Positions 50,653 to 63,420 of a stretch of 64,000 nucleotides of DNA are shown here, one piece after another. This DNA comes from Haliotis cracherodii (taxonomy: Eukaryota): contig NW_027266341.1 in the NCBI RefSeq assembly GCF_022045235.1, positions 13,392,001 through 13,456,000 of the forward strand, given 5' to 3'. The translations under genes and the position numbers were made by a program. How positions within the stretch are numbered: position 1 is the stretch's first letter; every line of letters begins with the position of its first letter. The notes below the pieces were generated by a model. The model was not told where the DNA came from. It made no database searches and saw only the letters and a program-made list of their open reading frames with translations.

Positions 50653-51428
50653 GTATCAGCTCAAAGGCATTATTACCATGGTCAATGGATCACTGTCCAC
50701 TCGGTTATAATTATCATCCCTGGGGATCCTACAACGCAAGATGTCTGTGAGGCAGGAGAAGGGTAACAGTCCCATTACCCATTCACTGCTGGGTGAACAG
50801 AGGCATATCTGGAACCAAGTCACCTGCCTAAGGAGACAGATATACCGGTATTGACAGGTTTGAATATCATGGTATGAGTCCAATATTTCTACATTGAATG
50901 GCGAATGGTACCACTGCTTGTTCACAAAGGAAGATAGGATGCTGGCTTGTTTGAGGGCGTGTGGGAGGTGTTCTGTCAGGCTTTTGTGTAACGTCTGCCA
51001 GACAATGACACTAATCACCCACAACGTCCGGTGTCTGATGATACTTCAACCCTGCGACTAACTCTGCAAGTCGAGAGGCTGAACATAACAAACAATCCGT
51101 CATTTCAAAGCTACAAATAGTACTCATCAAATGATTTATAAAAACAGTTCCAAGACGACAATATGAGCCAGTGTTTGGTACCATCAAGACTTCATTATTA
51201 GTGTCGTGTAAAACTTACACAATGAGTTAGTGTAATGAGGGAGAAATCATGTGAAATTCACACACTGTCTCCGTGTAACAAGGTGGAGACTTCATTAATA
51301 CTGCTGTGTTAAACTTACATATTGTTTCAGTGTAACGAAGTGAAAACTACAAGTGCCCTGAGTGAAACATACACCGTGCAAAGAAGGTAAATATTATCTG
51401 ATACCTTGATGTACATCATGTTAATTTA

Positions 51429-51706
51429 GGGGGCACGGGTGGCCCAGTCGTCTTAGGCGCGATTCGCTGTGCAGTGTTGCGTCCCCTGGACACGCCAGAA
51501 ACCTATGATTGTGGGTTCGAATCCCGGTTCACCTCGATTATGTTTCTAGGTTTGTCAGCACCATACCCGTGCTCGTGGGTTTCACCGAAGTGGTAAACGT
51601 CTGAGACCTGCATTACTTCGGGCTTTCTTCCCACATTAAGCTGACACGCCGTGATATAACTGGAATACTGTTAAAAGCGGCGTTAAAACCAACTCACTCA
51701 CTCACT
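51429..51706 (+). mobile_element. SINE family B (tRNA-Leu-like extended head), reference copy
   Basis: TSD catgttaattta. TGGCCCAGTCGTCT(T/A)AGGCGC resembles tRNA-Leu TGGCCGAGTGGTCTAAGGCGC. B box GTGGGTTCGAATCCC. Confidence 0.93.
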
Positions 51707-51914
51707 CATGTTAATTTAAGACAGCAGTCAAACTACTTGATTCAAAGTGACTGCCAATTATACCGTCTATTTACCTTAAGCCCCTCATATCCTGTGTTAC
51801 CTATAGAGAAGGGTGGGACTTATGGGAAACTAGACGGAATAACTGACATTCACTTTCAGCCAGTCATTTGTCTGCTATCATTTATCAATATGACTGATAT
51901 CCTGTGTAAACTGT

Positions 51915-52110
51915 ACCCCATGAAGATTCGGGATAGAATTTGGTCTTCAGCAACCAATGCTTGTATTAACTAACAGGATCGCGTGGTCAGACTCAGTGAC
52001 TTGGTTGATGCATGTCATCGTATCGCAAATGTGTAGAACAATGCTCATGACTTCAATCACTGGAATATAGCTGGAATATTGCTGAGTGCCGTGATAAACA
52101 ACAAACAAAT
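51915..52110 (+). mobile_element. Family C with internal deletions
   Basis: accccatgaagattcgggatagaat...gctggaatattgctgagtg. Confidence 0.8.
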
Positions 52111-52269
52111 GTTAATTCTACAATGACAGTGAAGAATGCTTGATTCTGATTGGCTAAAATGAGGTCTTAATTTTCCGATTGATACCTCTAAATTAAAAAC
52201 AAAATAACACTTACAAATCCCAGAAATCAGTAATTCTCAGGTAGCCAAACACCAGCACTTCGAACATAC

Positions 52270-52322
52270 CTCCATGTAGTGGCCGAGGAACACGAGGTCC
52301 TCCGTTCACTACCGTAATACAT
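52270..52322 (-). CDS. Candidate alternative first coding exon (MYYGSERRTSCSSATTW-S) for the FRMPD4-like gene
   Basis: ATG at 52322, 17 open codons plus AG, then the strong donor GAG|gtatgt. Phase 2 joins in frame to exon 37190 (AG|C = Ser). No homology support. Confidence 0.3.
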
Positions 52323-52494
52323 TCACACCTTACCGTCAAAGCATGTTCTTGCTGACTGGGTTAATTAAGCTTGGGAAGCAATCTCTGTCTCATGTTTCAT
52401 GCTCTGCTTGAGAGGGTGCAGTGTTCTAGAACACCTACATCATCAGATGTGATAGTTATTGACACCAAGCAGGATTTGTACTAGATAAACCATC

Positions 52495-52709
52495 TCAGGT
52501 CTGGAAACAGGATTTGGACCGGACAAGCCACAGCTGATGCAGGAACAGGATTTGGATCAGAAAAGTTCAAAGCTAGTCTTGGAATGGGATTCGTACCAGA
52601 CAGACCACAGGTGATACATGAACAGGATTTGGACTAGACAGACCACAGCTAGTCCAGGAACAACATTTGGACAGACAGACCACAGCTGGGTGGGTGGTTG
52701 CGTGCGTGC

Positions 52710-52741
<32 letters not shown>

Positions 52742-53090
52742 ATGCGTGTGTGCGTGCTAGTCCAGGAACAACATTTGGACCACACAGACCACAGCTGGGT
52801 TGGTAGGTGGGTCTGTGGTTTGGTGGTTGCGTGGTTGCTTGCGTGCTAGTCCAGGAACAACATTTGGACCACACAGACCACAGCTGGGTTGGTAGGTGGG
52901 TCTGTGGTTTGGTGGTTGCGTGGTTGCTTGCGTGCTAGTCCAGGAACAACATTTGGACCACACAGACCACAGCTGGGTTGGTAGGTGGGTCTGTGGTTTG
53001 GTGGTTGCGTGGTTGCTTGCGTGCTAGTCCAGGAACAACATTTGGACCAGACAGACCACAGCGTGCGGGCGTGCGTGCGTGCGTGCGTGT
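52495..53090. repeat. Composite array: three identical 89-bp units plus shorter ancestral units and (GCGT)n
   Basis: gctagtccaggaacaacatttggacc at 52756, 52845, 52934 and 53023. Confidence 0.92.
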
Positions 53091-53399
53091 TTAAATAGAA
53101 TAACACCTGATTATCAAAGTTGGGTAGAATGAGTAGAACATAAATTTACATGAAAATTAAGTGGATTTCAAAGAAGAAACAAATTGGTGAAAATAATCAG
53201 AATGTTTACCGTTTTGTGACAAATACTTGTTACTTAATTCTTGGCATTTAACCAAACCAGATCAAGCCTGAAGCTTCCTGTTTCTTCAAACAATGGCCCA
53301 GGGAATATAAGTCATATCAGCCTAGTGATCCCTATCTGGCTGTCATCTGCTAGATATTCGTACACCTACATACAACTACCTCACCACTACAGACCTACA

Positions 53400-53594
53400 T
53401 ATGAGCAAGCCTTCATTACAACAAAATTCATTATAATGAAAATAATCATACAAGCTTTATTAACATAACGAACCCAAAGGGACAACTAATTTTAGTTCGT
53501 TATAACTGGAGTTCAGTATCAGCATATGTAGACCATATATATGGCAAATGGCAGGGCCAAAACATTATTTTTTTTATAAACGTAGTTTATTGTA
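53400..53594 (-). mobile_element. Degenerate Tigger/pogo-type MITE, same family as 63876..64000
   Basis: End reverse complement tacaataaactacgtttataa versus tacactaaactatgtttataa at 63876; ttataacgaac motifs are shared. Confidence 0.55.
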
Positions 53595-54304
53595 TATGTT
53601 TACATTATTACATCTTAGTTCTTTAAAATATTTACAAGAGAGTAATTCATGAAATTCATGTCAAAACAATGGAAACGGAAATGATTATTGGTATTTTTTA
53701 TTGACATCTACATACAAAAGTATTGTGAAGAATCAATTTCAAAAACTGATATTTTGACTTGTCATTGTAGTATTGCCACAAGACCAAAGAAGCATTGAAA
53801 GTTTAATCAATCATTTCACCCCATTAGGGATATGACATGGCTTATTCCCAACACTGTTTCAACAATGCAGCTTTATTTCTAATCTTTTTATTTTCAACTT
53901 TGTTTGAATTGTTCCTGAACATGAACGTTATGACACAGCTGGAAGCCAATATGGATCTGCTGTCAGATAAGAAGATTACCCTGGTAATTTGTTAGTTGTG
54001 TTTCAAACAAAGGAATAGAAATCTTCTTCACCGCCCTGAAAGCCTGCAGCATGTATGGTTTGCAGCTGCACCTGAACTGCATCATCACCGCCGTCTGCCC
54101 AACACTGACGGAGGAAGCCCTCTGCAGTCTGATGACAGGATTACACATCTCACAATCACAGGTCTTCACAATGACAGAAACAAAACTGATTTGAACATAT
54201 TGGGTAAATGTCATGTAACCCAACTTATGAAATCATTCACATTGACACCTCTATTATTAAATACCATACACCACCTTTGTAGGGTATTTAGAGTAATTAC
54301 GGAC

Positions 54305-54900
54305 TACCGTATTTTCTTGAGTATAGTGCGCACCCATGTATAATGCGCACCCCCCTCTAGTGGGTTCAATATGTTGGAAAAAAAAGAAATTTGAATATTA
54401 TGCGCAGAAAAAAATTACACCGTACCCTTTCAGCGAAGTCCGGCAAACGAACGGGTGCTGAGAAACTTCGTCAGTACAAATTCGAAATTTGAGATAAAAA
54501 ATCACCAGACATGTTTATTTACCGTTTAAATAGTAACTATTGTTCTGCTAGGCATTGTTTTATATCTAGGGATTAAGATTACCTTGTGTATTTTCTCGTA
54601 AACTAAGCCGGAAACAGCTATCAGCTGTACACACGTTTTCTTGGAATCAACCGGTGATTCGGTCAAGACACACCCAATGATATAACTTTATAGGATTTTT
54701 AATGCAAGGATCGGCAACAATTGTATCTGAAACTATTTTATTTATCAGGAATAATATATATAGGGTATGTGTCCCTCTGACTCGGCAAGTTCCCAGTCTT
54801 GGCTTCTTTAGATTACTCGATCGTATTCCATAAAATCGTCATGACGTCATAAACAATTGGTGACATCCTCCTCAATTATTTGCAACGATCCATTAATATA
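54305..54900 (+). mobile_element. Left end of a pogo/mariner-type non-autonomous element (right end not found)
   Basis: ta|ccgtattttcttgagtatagtgcgcacccatgtataatgcgcaccc with repeated tataatgcgca motifs; extent uncertain. Confidence 0.5.
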
Positions 54901-54917
54901 GCGTTACATGATACACC

Positions 54918-55094
54918 GGGCGGTCGGAGAGCCTAGTGGTTAAAGCGTTCGATCGTCACGCCGAAGACCCGGGTTTGATTCCCGACATGGGTACAATGTG
55001 TGAGCCCATTTCTGGTGTCCCCAGCCATGATATTGCTGGAATATTGCTAAAAGCGGCGTAAAACCATACTCACTCACCCAATCACTCACTCACT
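54918..55094 (+). mobile_element. SINE family A
   Basis: Full-length match to 37664..37833. Confidence 0.92.
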
Positions 55095-55556
55095 TGTTTT
55101 ATGGCTGCTGAAACAGCAAAGTATAATCGGGATTTGTCGAGGATTTCTCACTAAGTGACAGTGGAAGGTAGATTGAGGAAAATAATTATTTCAGCCAAAA
55201 TAATGCTATAATGTAAAACTTGATACATCAAACTCTTTTCATCCATTGCCCAAAGTAAAATTTGATGTTCCGAGATCCTTGAGTCATGCATGTAAGATCA
55301 GATTCAACACATCATTAGGGAACACAGCATTAGATCTCATATCTCTAACGTAAGAATTTAACAGACTGATCCTGATTGGAATGAATGATGGATTCAAACC
55401 AGCAATTTCTGACCCGTCCTCTATAATCTTATCTCTCTATTCTGTTATGATAAATACACTAGAACTATTAGCCACCACAGCTTTGTTTTAAGGGTCACTT
55501 GACCATCAGCATCTCAAACTCAGCACAACTATTTTTTCGAGTAATTAATTTGATTA

Positions 55557-55826
55557 GACCCGTGAAGATTCCGGGGTATCATAGGTCTTCAGCAACCCAT
55601 GCTTGTCATAAAAGGTGACTATGCTTGTCGTAAAAGGTGACGAACGGGATTGGGTGGTCAGGCTCGCTGACTTGGTTGATGCATGTCATTGATCCCAATT
55701 GCGTGGATCGATGCAAATGATATTAATCACTGGATAGTCTGGTCCAGACTCGATTATTTACAGACTGCTGTCATAAAGCTGGAATATTGCTGAGTGCAGC
55801 GTTAAACAACAAACCAACCAAACAAC
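55557..55826 (+). mobile_element. Family C, reference full-length copy
   Basis: TSD taatttgatta; starts GACCCGTGAAGAT; (AAAC/AACC)n tail. Confidence 0.93.
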
Positions 55827-56111
55827 TAATTTGATTAGAGAACTATTTTTGACATCATGCTATTCAAATACGGTTCAAAACAAAGCTAGTGTAGCAAATA
55901 TGTCCAGGGTATTTGATAAATAGAATTAAGACAATATACCCAGGATCATCAAGGATGGTCTGACCATGATAAATGACTTAACTTAGTACAACAAGAAATG
56001 GCATCATAGAGAGGATGACTTAAAATGAACATGAACTTCATAACGTCTTTTTGGATGAAGTTATAGTATAATACTGCTGGCTGTTTGAGAAACTGTCTGT
56101 TAAGAATTAAG

Positions 56112-56467
56112 GTGAGGTGAGGTGAAATTGGGTTTAACGTCGCTTCCAAGATTATTGCACTTATATAGCGACGTGCATGTACGTGTATGTGTGTGTGTGG
56201 CTGCTTGTACTAGTCCGGACTGATGCCGATTTATAGTGCTAGCTCACTGAGATACCATGCCGCAGTTTAACATGAATATCCCACTCAGACACAGTATACT
56301 GACTCCGAGCCGACCAGTCCTTGTTTAAGCCCCTTAATCCCGAGCGCCAGACAGGGTAACAACAAGTACCATCTTTTAACGTCTTTTTGTATGACGCAGC
56401 CCGGGATTGAACCCTGGACCTTCCTCTCTCCGGGCGGACGCTCTACCACAAGACCACGGAGGCGGTC
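56112..56467 (-). mobile_element. SINE family D, full length
   Basis: TSD ttaagaattaag. Confidence 0.93.
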
Positions 56468-56772
56468 TTAAGAATTAAGAATATAGACCATCTACAACAG
56501 TAAATAAATAGAGCTAACTATACATAGAAATCTCTACCATCAGTTACAGCATCACGGGCAAGATACATCTGTAATGAATGCTCCAGTAGTTTACAGGCCA
56601 GCACAGACATAGACCATGAATAAGGTTTGACCAGGGTAATTCAATCTGTGGATGTAAAGCAAGTGGATATTTCTCAAGTACATTCTGAAGCCTAGACAGT
56701 CCCAACAAGTCTGCGACCTCCATAATAATACATACTAGACAAATATAAATGTAACATTTATGTGTACTGATC

Positions 56773-57350
56773 TATACTACCCAAAAGAAGTGAAGGACCC
56801 CTGATTCTCCCATACTACTATAGATAATCTGTCGGGGCATGACAGATAGACAACACATTCGTCACCACTCACCCCTTTCTGTAAGAAGACTTGTCCCCCC
56901 TATCGATGAATGTTACGTGCGAAAATATGACAAACCAATCAGATTGTGCATATGATTTCAAGTTCTTCGTAAAAAAATCCCTCAGAAAATTTTTTTATTT
57001 TACATTCGACTTGCATCTATATATATACCCAAGACACAATTAAATGTATTCAATCATACCAGAGACCATGGTCTCAGTTCATACTGTATAATTTCGCATG
57101 TCCCGATGTGCTTTAAATTGCATCTAAAATATATACTATATTTGGGGAAATATATGTGAACCATAACGCAACGAGTTGACAATTGTTTTAGTCTTGTTTG
57201 CACTAAGACGGAACCCAGTTGCCAAAATGGCCATGAGAGGGGCACGAGTCGCTATTCGGCTTGTCCCGGAATAACATGATTTGGTCACGAATGATGGACT
57301 ACTGTTACATCAAAGAATGAGGTGGCCCTACACTTCTTGTGAGCAGTATA
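56773..57350. mobile_element. Tc1/mariner-type MITE
   Basis: Left tatactacccaaaagaagtgaaggaccc; right reverse complement tatactgctcacaagaagtgtagggcca. Confidence 0.7.
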
Positions 57351-57782
57351 CTTCAGAATAAATGATTCAACTCTCTTAAATTTCACCATGATTATCTGAT
57401 ATCTATTTATTTATTTTTCTCATACAACTCTGATAAAATATTTTCTTCTATAATTAAGCCTCTTTTCAAATAGATGAATGCGCACAGTTTGCACCTAAAA
57501 GACTGTACCTCAGCTTGAAATCTCACCATACAACCACGTGTTTGACACACAGTCAACAAAGTAACCGACCATAGTTTGGTGGGGACCAATTCCAACCCAG
57601 CATCCCCCGATGGAATAGACCCTTGAAAAAGTATATATACCAACAGTAAACACAAATCTTAGAATTAAGAAAAACTGGAAAGTAATAATGGAAAGTGCAA
57701 AATAATGCAAAAAAATTGTTTATACAAAGTTCTACATTGTAGCTATGAACTGCCTTAGATAGCTTTAATTTGTTGTTTTTTT

Positions 57783-58140
57783 AGGTGAGGTGAAATTGGG
57801 TTTACCGTCGCGTCCAAGATTATTGCACTTATATAGCGACATGCATGCACGTGTGTGTGTGTGTGTGTGTTTGGCTGCTTGTACTAGTCCGGACTGATGC
57901 CGATTTATAGTGATAGCACACTGAGATACCATGCGGCAGTTTAGCATGAATACCCCACTCAGACACAGTATACTGACTCCGAGCCGACCAGTCCTTGTTT
58001 TAGCCCCTTAATGCCGAGCGTCAGACAGGGTAACAAACACTACCATCTTTTAGGGTCTATTGGTATGACGCGGCCGGGGATTGAACCCCGGACCTTCCGC
58101 TCTCCGGGCGGACGCTCTACCTCTAGACCACGGAGGCGGT
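57783..58140 (-). mobile_element. SINE family D, full length
   Basis: Colinear with 56112..56467. Confidence 0.92.
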
Positions 58141-59815
58141 TGCAGTGAGATCTGCAATGCCAACTAGAATCAAGGTTTTATCAATAAGAACCTTAAGTCT
58201 TTGATAGGCATTTAGAAGCTCATTCAACACAAAGACAGGAAACTTTAAAGTAGCTCTAAAATGTTGTGACAAACAATTAAGAAGTTGTTATCCATAAACG
58301 TTTAATGTCTTCAAATAACTATTACGTTGTCTGGGACATTTAAAAGAACCATCTATCCTCATAGAATTTACACGGAATAAATGAAAATATTAAAAAGAAA
58401 TTACAATATTTTCACATCTGTCTGATGAAGAATAGAATTTTAGTTTGGGGTAGAATGTAGAATTTGAAGGCGTAAAACTTAAATTTGAGAATGAACATAA
58501 AAAAACTAACTGAGCTAAAACAGGAAATGATAGCAAACCACACTGGGCTATTATATAATCAACCTAAAATTAGGTTAATTTTAATTTTTTTAAAACAAAA
58601 CATTTTTCTCTTAGCAAATGTCTCACAAGGTCAATCATGTCATTTAAACTCAAACCTGTCACCACTATCATACCTTTGCCACTAAGCTTCCTAAAATATT
58701 CACAAGGCAACGAACAAAAAATCTAAATCTCTTTCTTCCCAGACAACCTTCGGAAGATAAACAGATGGCGATAAAAACAATGGTATCTTTTTAATTCAAA
58801 CTTGTATTTTTTTATGCAAATCCTTTATAAACAAAATTCAAACACAAAGAGACAAGAAGAAAAAATCTCCTGCCTTCTTCAAATAAATCTCCACTTGACT
58901 GATAACCAAATTACATGAATGACGAGTCGAGAATATTGCTGGCAGCGGAAGAGCGTAACTGACGTTTATGATCCTCATGCAAATAGGCGAACACTAAACC
59001 TAGACGAGAACAAGCAATGGTGTCTGTCTTGGTCTCTCTTTGTTCAGAGTAATACCGTTCTTAATTTTTCTAATATAAAAATAAAACAAAGAATGCAGAG
59101 TTGCAAATAACCTTCTCGTAAACTTCAAGGGATGCAGGAGGATAGTATCACCGTGCTTAGTTAGGGTAAGGTTTATGGATGGACTCAGTGGCGGTTATAA
59201 AAGTGAGACGACGGCATGATTGAGGACACTCGGCAAAGGCATGATGGGAAATACAGCCTTCTCGCAGAACATTCATCTTCAAGATGGATCAGCTGATGTA
59301 CACGACATATGTATTTTCGGAACTTTGTTTATTGGAAATTGTTACGCAAGATTAGGTAAATAAAGCACTTTTATAGGCTACTGTGATGCAGGCACGGATT
59401 GCACATTAAGCCCAGAATAATATGATCGATATGGTTTTATTTTGGAGATAATTAACCTCATACTATTACTGATATTCTTCTCTGGGACAGTGTGAGTAGG
59501 AGGCTCTCTCAAAATAAATTTCATTAATGAAAACATGGAATGATATGAAAGGCATCCATTTCATGTAAACACACGGAGCATACATGCAATCTGTGCCCAA
59601 AATGTCTGAGTCTACAAGCCCAAACACTGCTCTCAGCATCTTCTACACTAGATTTTAGTGTGGTAATATGGACAAATAGTAGTGGAGACAACTTCAGACT
59701 TGTGGCTAAAGTCACCGACAGTGATTGGCTCCAATCCAGGAGAGTGATAGTGACATACATGTCCCTTGGACAGTGGAAGCTGTAATGGCGCCAACATACA
59801 GATTGAATCCATAAC

Positions 59816-61152
59816 ACCCAAGGACCACTTTGCCTTAAGGGAAGTTTGTGTCTATATTACCCAAGGACCACTTTGCCTCAAGGGAAGTTTGTGTCTATAT
59901 TACCCAAGGACCACTTTGCCTGAAGGGAAGTTTGTGTCTATATTACCCAAGGACCACTTTGCCTTAAGGGAAGTTTGTGTCTATATTACCCAAGGACCAC
60001 TTTGACTTAAGGGAAGTTTGTGTCTATATTACCCAAGGACCACTTTGCCTGAAGGGAAGTTTGTGTCTATACTACCCAAGGACCACTTTGCCTGAAGGGA
60101 AGTTTGTGTCTATATTACCCAAGGACCACTTTGCCTTAAGGGAAGATTGTGTCTATATTACCCAAGAACCACTTTGACTTAAGGGAAGTTTGTGTCTCTA
60201 TTACCCAAGGACTACTTTGCCTTAAGGGAAGTTTGTGTCTATATTACCCAAGGACCACTTTGCCTTAAGGGAAGTTTGTGTCTATATTACCCAAGGACCA
60301 CTTTGCCTTAAGGGAAGTTTGTGTCTATATTACACAAAGACCACTTTGCCTTAAGGGAAGTTTGTGTCTATATTACACAAAGACCGCTTTGCCAAGGGGA
60401 AAATTTGTATCTATATTACCCAAGGACTGCTTTGCCTATAGACAAGTTTGTGCCCATAATACACAAGGGTCACTTTGCCCAGGGGAAAGTTTGTGTCTAT
60501 ATTACCCAAGGACCGCTTTGCCCAGGGGAAAGTTTGTGTCTATATTAATCAAGGACTGCTTTGCCCAGGGGAAAGTTTGTGTCTATATTAATCAAGGACT
60601 GCTTTGCCCAGGGGAAAGTTTGTGTCTATATTACCCAAGGACCGCTTTGTCCAGGGGAAAGTTTGTGTCTATATTACCCAAGGACTGCTTTGCCCAGGGA
60701 AAGTTTGTGTCTATATTACCCAAGGACCACTTTGCCCAGGGGAAAGTTTGTGTCTATATAACCCAAGGACCGCTTTGCCCAGGGGAAAGTTTGTGTCTTT
60801 ATTACACCATGACCGTTTGGCCCAGGGGAAAGTTTGTGTCTATATTACCCCAGGAACACTTTGCTTCAGGTGAAAGTTTGTGTCTATATTACCCAAGGAC
60901 CACTTTGCCTCAAGGGAAGTTTGTGTCTATATTACCCAAGGACCACTTTGCCAAAAGGAAAGTTTGTGTCTATATTACCCCAGGACTGTTTGGCTAAAGG
61001 AAAGTTTGTGTCTATATTACCCAAGGATTGCTTTGCCCAGGGGAAAATTTGTATCTATATTACCCAAGGACCACTTTGCTTCAGGGGAAAATTTGTGTCT
61101 ATATTACCCAAGGACCACTTTGCCTAAAGGAAAATTTGTGTCTATATAACCC
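59816..61152. repeat. 43/44-bp minisatellite acccaaggaccactttgccttaagggaagtttgtgtctatatt, about 31 units
   Basis: Period 43 verified (59816, 59859, ...). Confidence 0.97.
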
Positions 61153-61167
61153 ATATATATATTTACT

Positions 61168-61435
61168 TGAGTGAATGAGTTTGGTTTTAACACACTTTGA
61201 ACAGTATTTCGGTTATGTTATGTCAGCTTGATACTGGAAGAAATCCTGAAGTGATTCTGGTCTCAGATGTTTACCACTTTGGTGAAACCGTAGAGCACAG
61301 GTATGGTGCTGACAAACCTAGAAACAAAATCAGGACGAACTGGGATTTGAACCCACTTTCTGGCATGCCAAAGGGAGAATCTCTCCACAGCGAATGGCGG
61401 CATCATACATGACAGGGCCTCCAGAGCCCACCAGG
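61168..61435 (-). mobile_element. SINE family B, older and diverged
   Basis: ttggttttaac...aacagtattt...ggtctcagatgtttaccactttggtgaaacc...tggtgctgacaaacctagaaac. Confidence 0.8.
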
Positions 61436-61504
61436 TCATTTGAAACAAGTCATAAATCCCAGGGATTGTATGTCACAAAAAAGACCAATATCACCCAAGC
61501 ACAT

Positions 61505-61765
61505 GATTTGTTTTTTCTTTTGTTTAACACTGCAATATTCCAGCTATATGACGGTGGTCTGTAAATAATCAAGTCTGGACCAGACAATCCAGTGATTGAT
61601 ATCATGAGCATAAATCCACGCAATTGGGATACGATGACATGCATCAACCAAGTCAGCGAGCCTGACCACCCGATCCCATTAGTCACTTTTTATGACAAGC
61701 ATAGTCGCCTTTTACGACAAGTATGGGTTGCTGAAGACCTATCCTAACCCAAATCATCACAGGTT
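61505..61765 (-). mobile_element. Family C
   Basis: Colinear with 13603..13887. Confidence 0.9.
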
Positions 61766-61988
61766 CCAAGCCTATGAATAACACGAGGTAGGTCGAGTTC
61801 CTGTCAACTGAAGACACCTATATCCTCGGGGAGATGAATCACAATGAAGGCTTCTATCACCAATGGACATGTATTCCACTCAGTAGTTCAAGTCTTTATC
61901 AAATGAAGACACATATGTATCATATTTTGTGTAGGACAACATAAGTCTGACTGTTTTTATGTGACTTCAAACCCTCATCTGGGCGGAA

Positions 61989-62184
61989 GTTGGTTGGTTT
62001 TGTAGTTTAACACTGAACTCAGCAATATATTCCAGCTATATGACATTGGTCTGTAAATAATCAAGTCTGGACCTGACAATCCAGTGATTGATATCATGAG
62101 CATAAATCCACACAATTGGGATACGATGACATGCATCAACCAAGTCAGTGAGCCTGACCACCCGATCCCGTTAGTCGCCTCTTA
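61989..62184 (-). mobile_element. Family C, 5'-truncated
   Basis: Ends at gttagtcgcctcttac. Confidence 0.88.
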
Positions 62185-63420
62185 CTCTGGGGAGAAGTGT
62201 TTCAGTTTCAAACACAGTTTCCATGAATCTCTGGAAACGGACATGAAACTTGTCAGGCTGGCGTAGATGTACTTGAAAAAGAGATTCTTAAATGCATTGT
62301 GGTTCACTCACAATGCTCCAGATACAAAGGGCACAAGTTCGACTAAAATCCACTAAAATATATAGAAGACATTTGTGATTTGATTTTACATCATTTCACA
62401 CTTTTCTTACAGAAATAGAAAACTGCAAATGCAAAATCTCTGGGACAGAAGGATTCACAATAGAATATCCCTTGGCTGGACGTACTTTCTAAGAATATTC
62501 CTGGGACAGAGCTGAAAGGTCATTCTACAAAATGAGGGCCCAGCTAAAAGAGTATGAAATAAGAGTTATTATCACCCAGTGACATTACGTATTAGGCACT
62601 GCGGGTATACTCAGGTCCCAGAGTTACTTACCATACACCAGGGAAACAACTGCCAGCGGTGTCAACCACTTACTCACTGTTCTACCAAAAACATCCAGAC
62701 AATCCACACACTAAATATTCACTGTTAATAAAGAATTTTATTGAAGAGGTCTGGTAAAATAGATTGGGAAACGGTAATCCATCTATTGCACAAATATATT
62801 AAAGTTTTGCCATTGGCTGTTGTATTGGTATTTTATGAGTGCTTCCTTCAACAACTCTTTCCCCAAAAAATAAATGCTTTGTGAATTAAAACTTTTAAAA
62901 ACAGTGAGAAAAACCTGGATCAATCAGATCTGGTATCTAACAGGTCACATAAAAAAACAGCAAGGAATTAATGACAAAAACTCCAGTTTTGTCTGAACAT
63001 TCTTTAGAACTCTAGCAGAATAGGTTCAATACCTGATTTGGACATTAGGACTGCAAGAGTTGTGTCCCTTCTCCCAGCAACATCCATGGTTAAGAAAAAT
63101 GATGAAGAAATTTCAATCATGAACAGAAATAGACATCCGAGCATATGATAGACAGCGACAGATTAAATATATGATTAAATATTGTTTTCTCATGTATATA
63201 TAAGATAATCAGCTATGATGGAGTACGTCAGATGGTTAAGAAATTGTGCCTTGAAACTGGAAGACATTGGGTAATGATAGCTGAGCCTTGACAGTTTGTA
63301 GAGAAATATTCAAGGTACACTCAGTACTGTGATCTACTAGATCAGACAATTCAGAGCTGGAAAATCATCTTCCTGATTATCACCTCACCATTCTACAGCC
63401 ATACTTTACGGTCTTTGCGT

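Noticed and set aside
59766-61149. Overlapping repetitive ORFs up to 239 aa
   Set aside because: 43/44-bp minisatellite read in rotating frames. The same applies to 39691..40444, 35010..35505 and 52557..53106.
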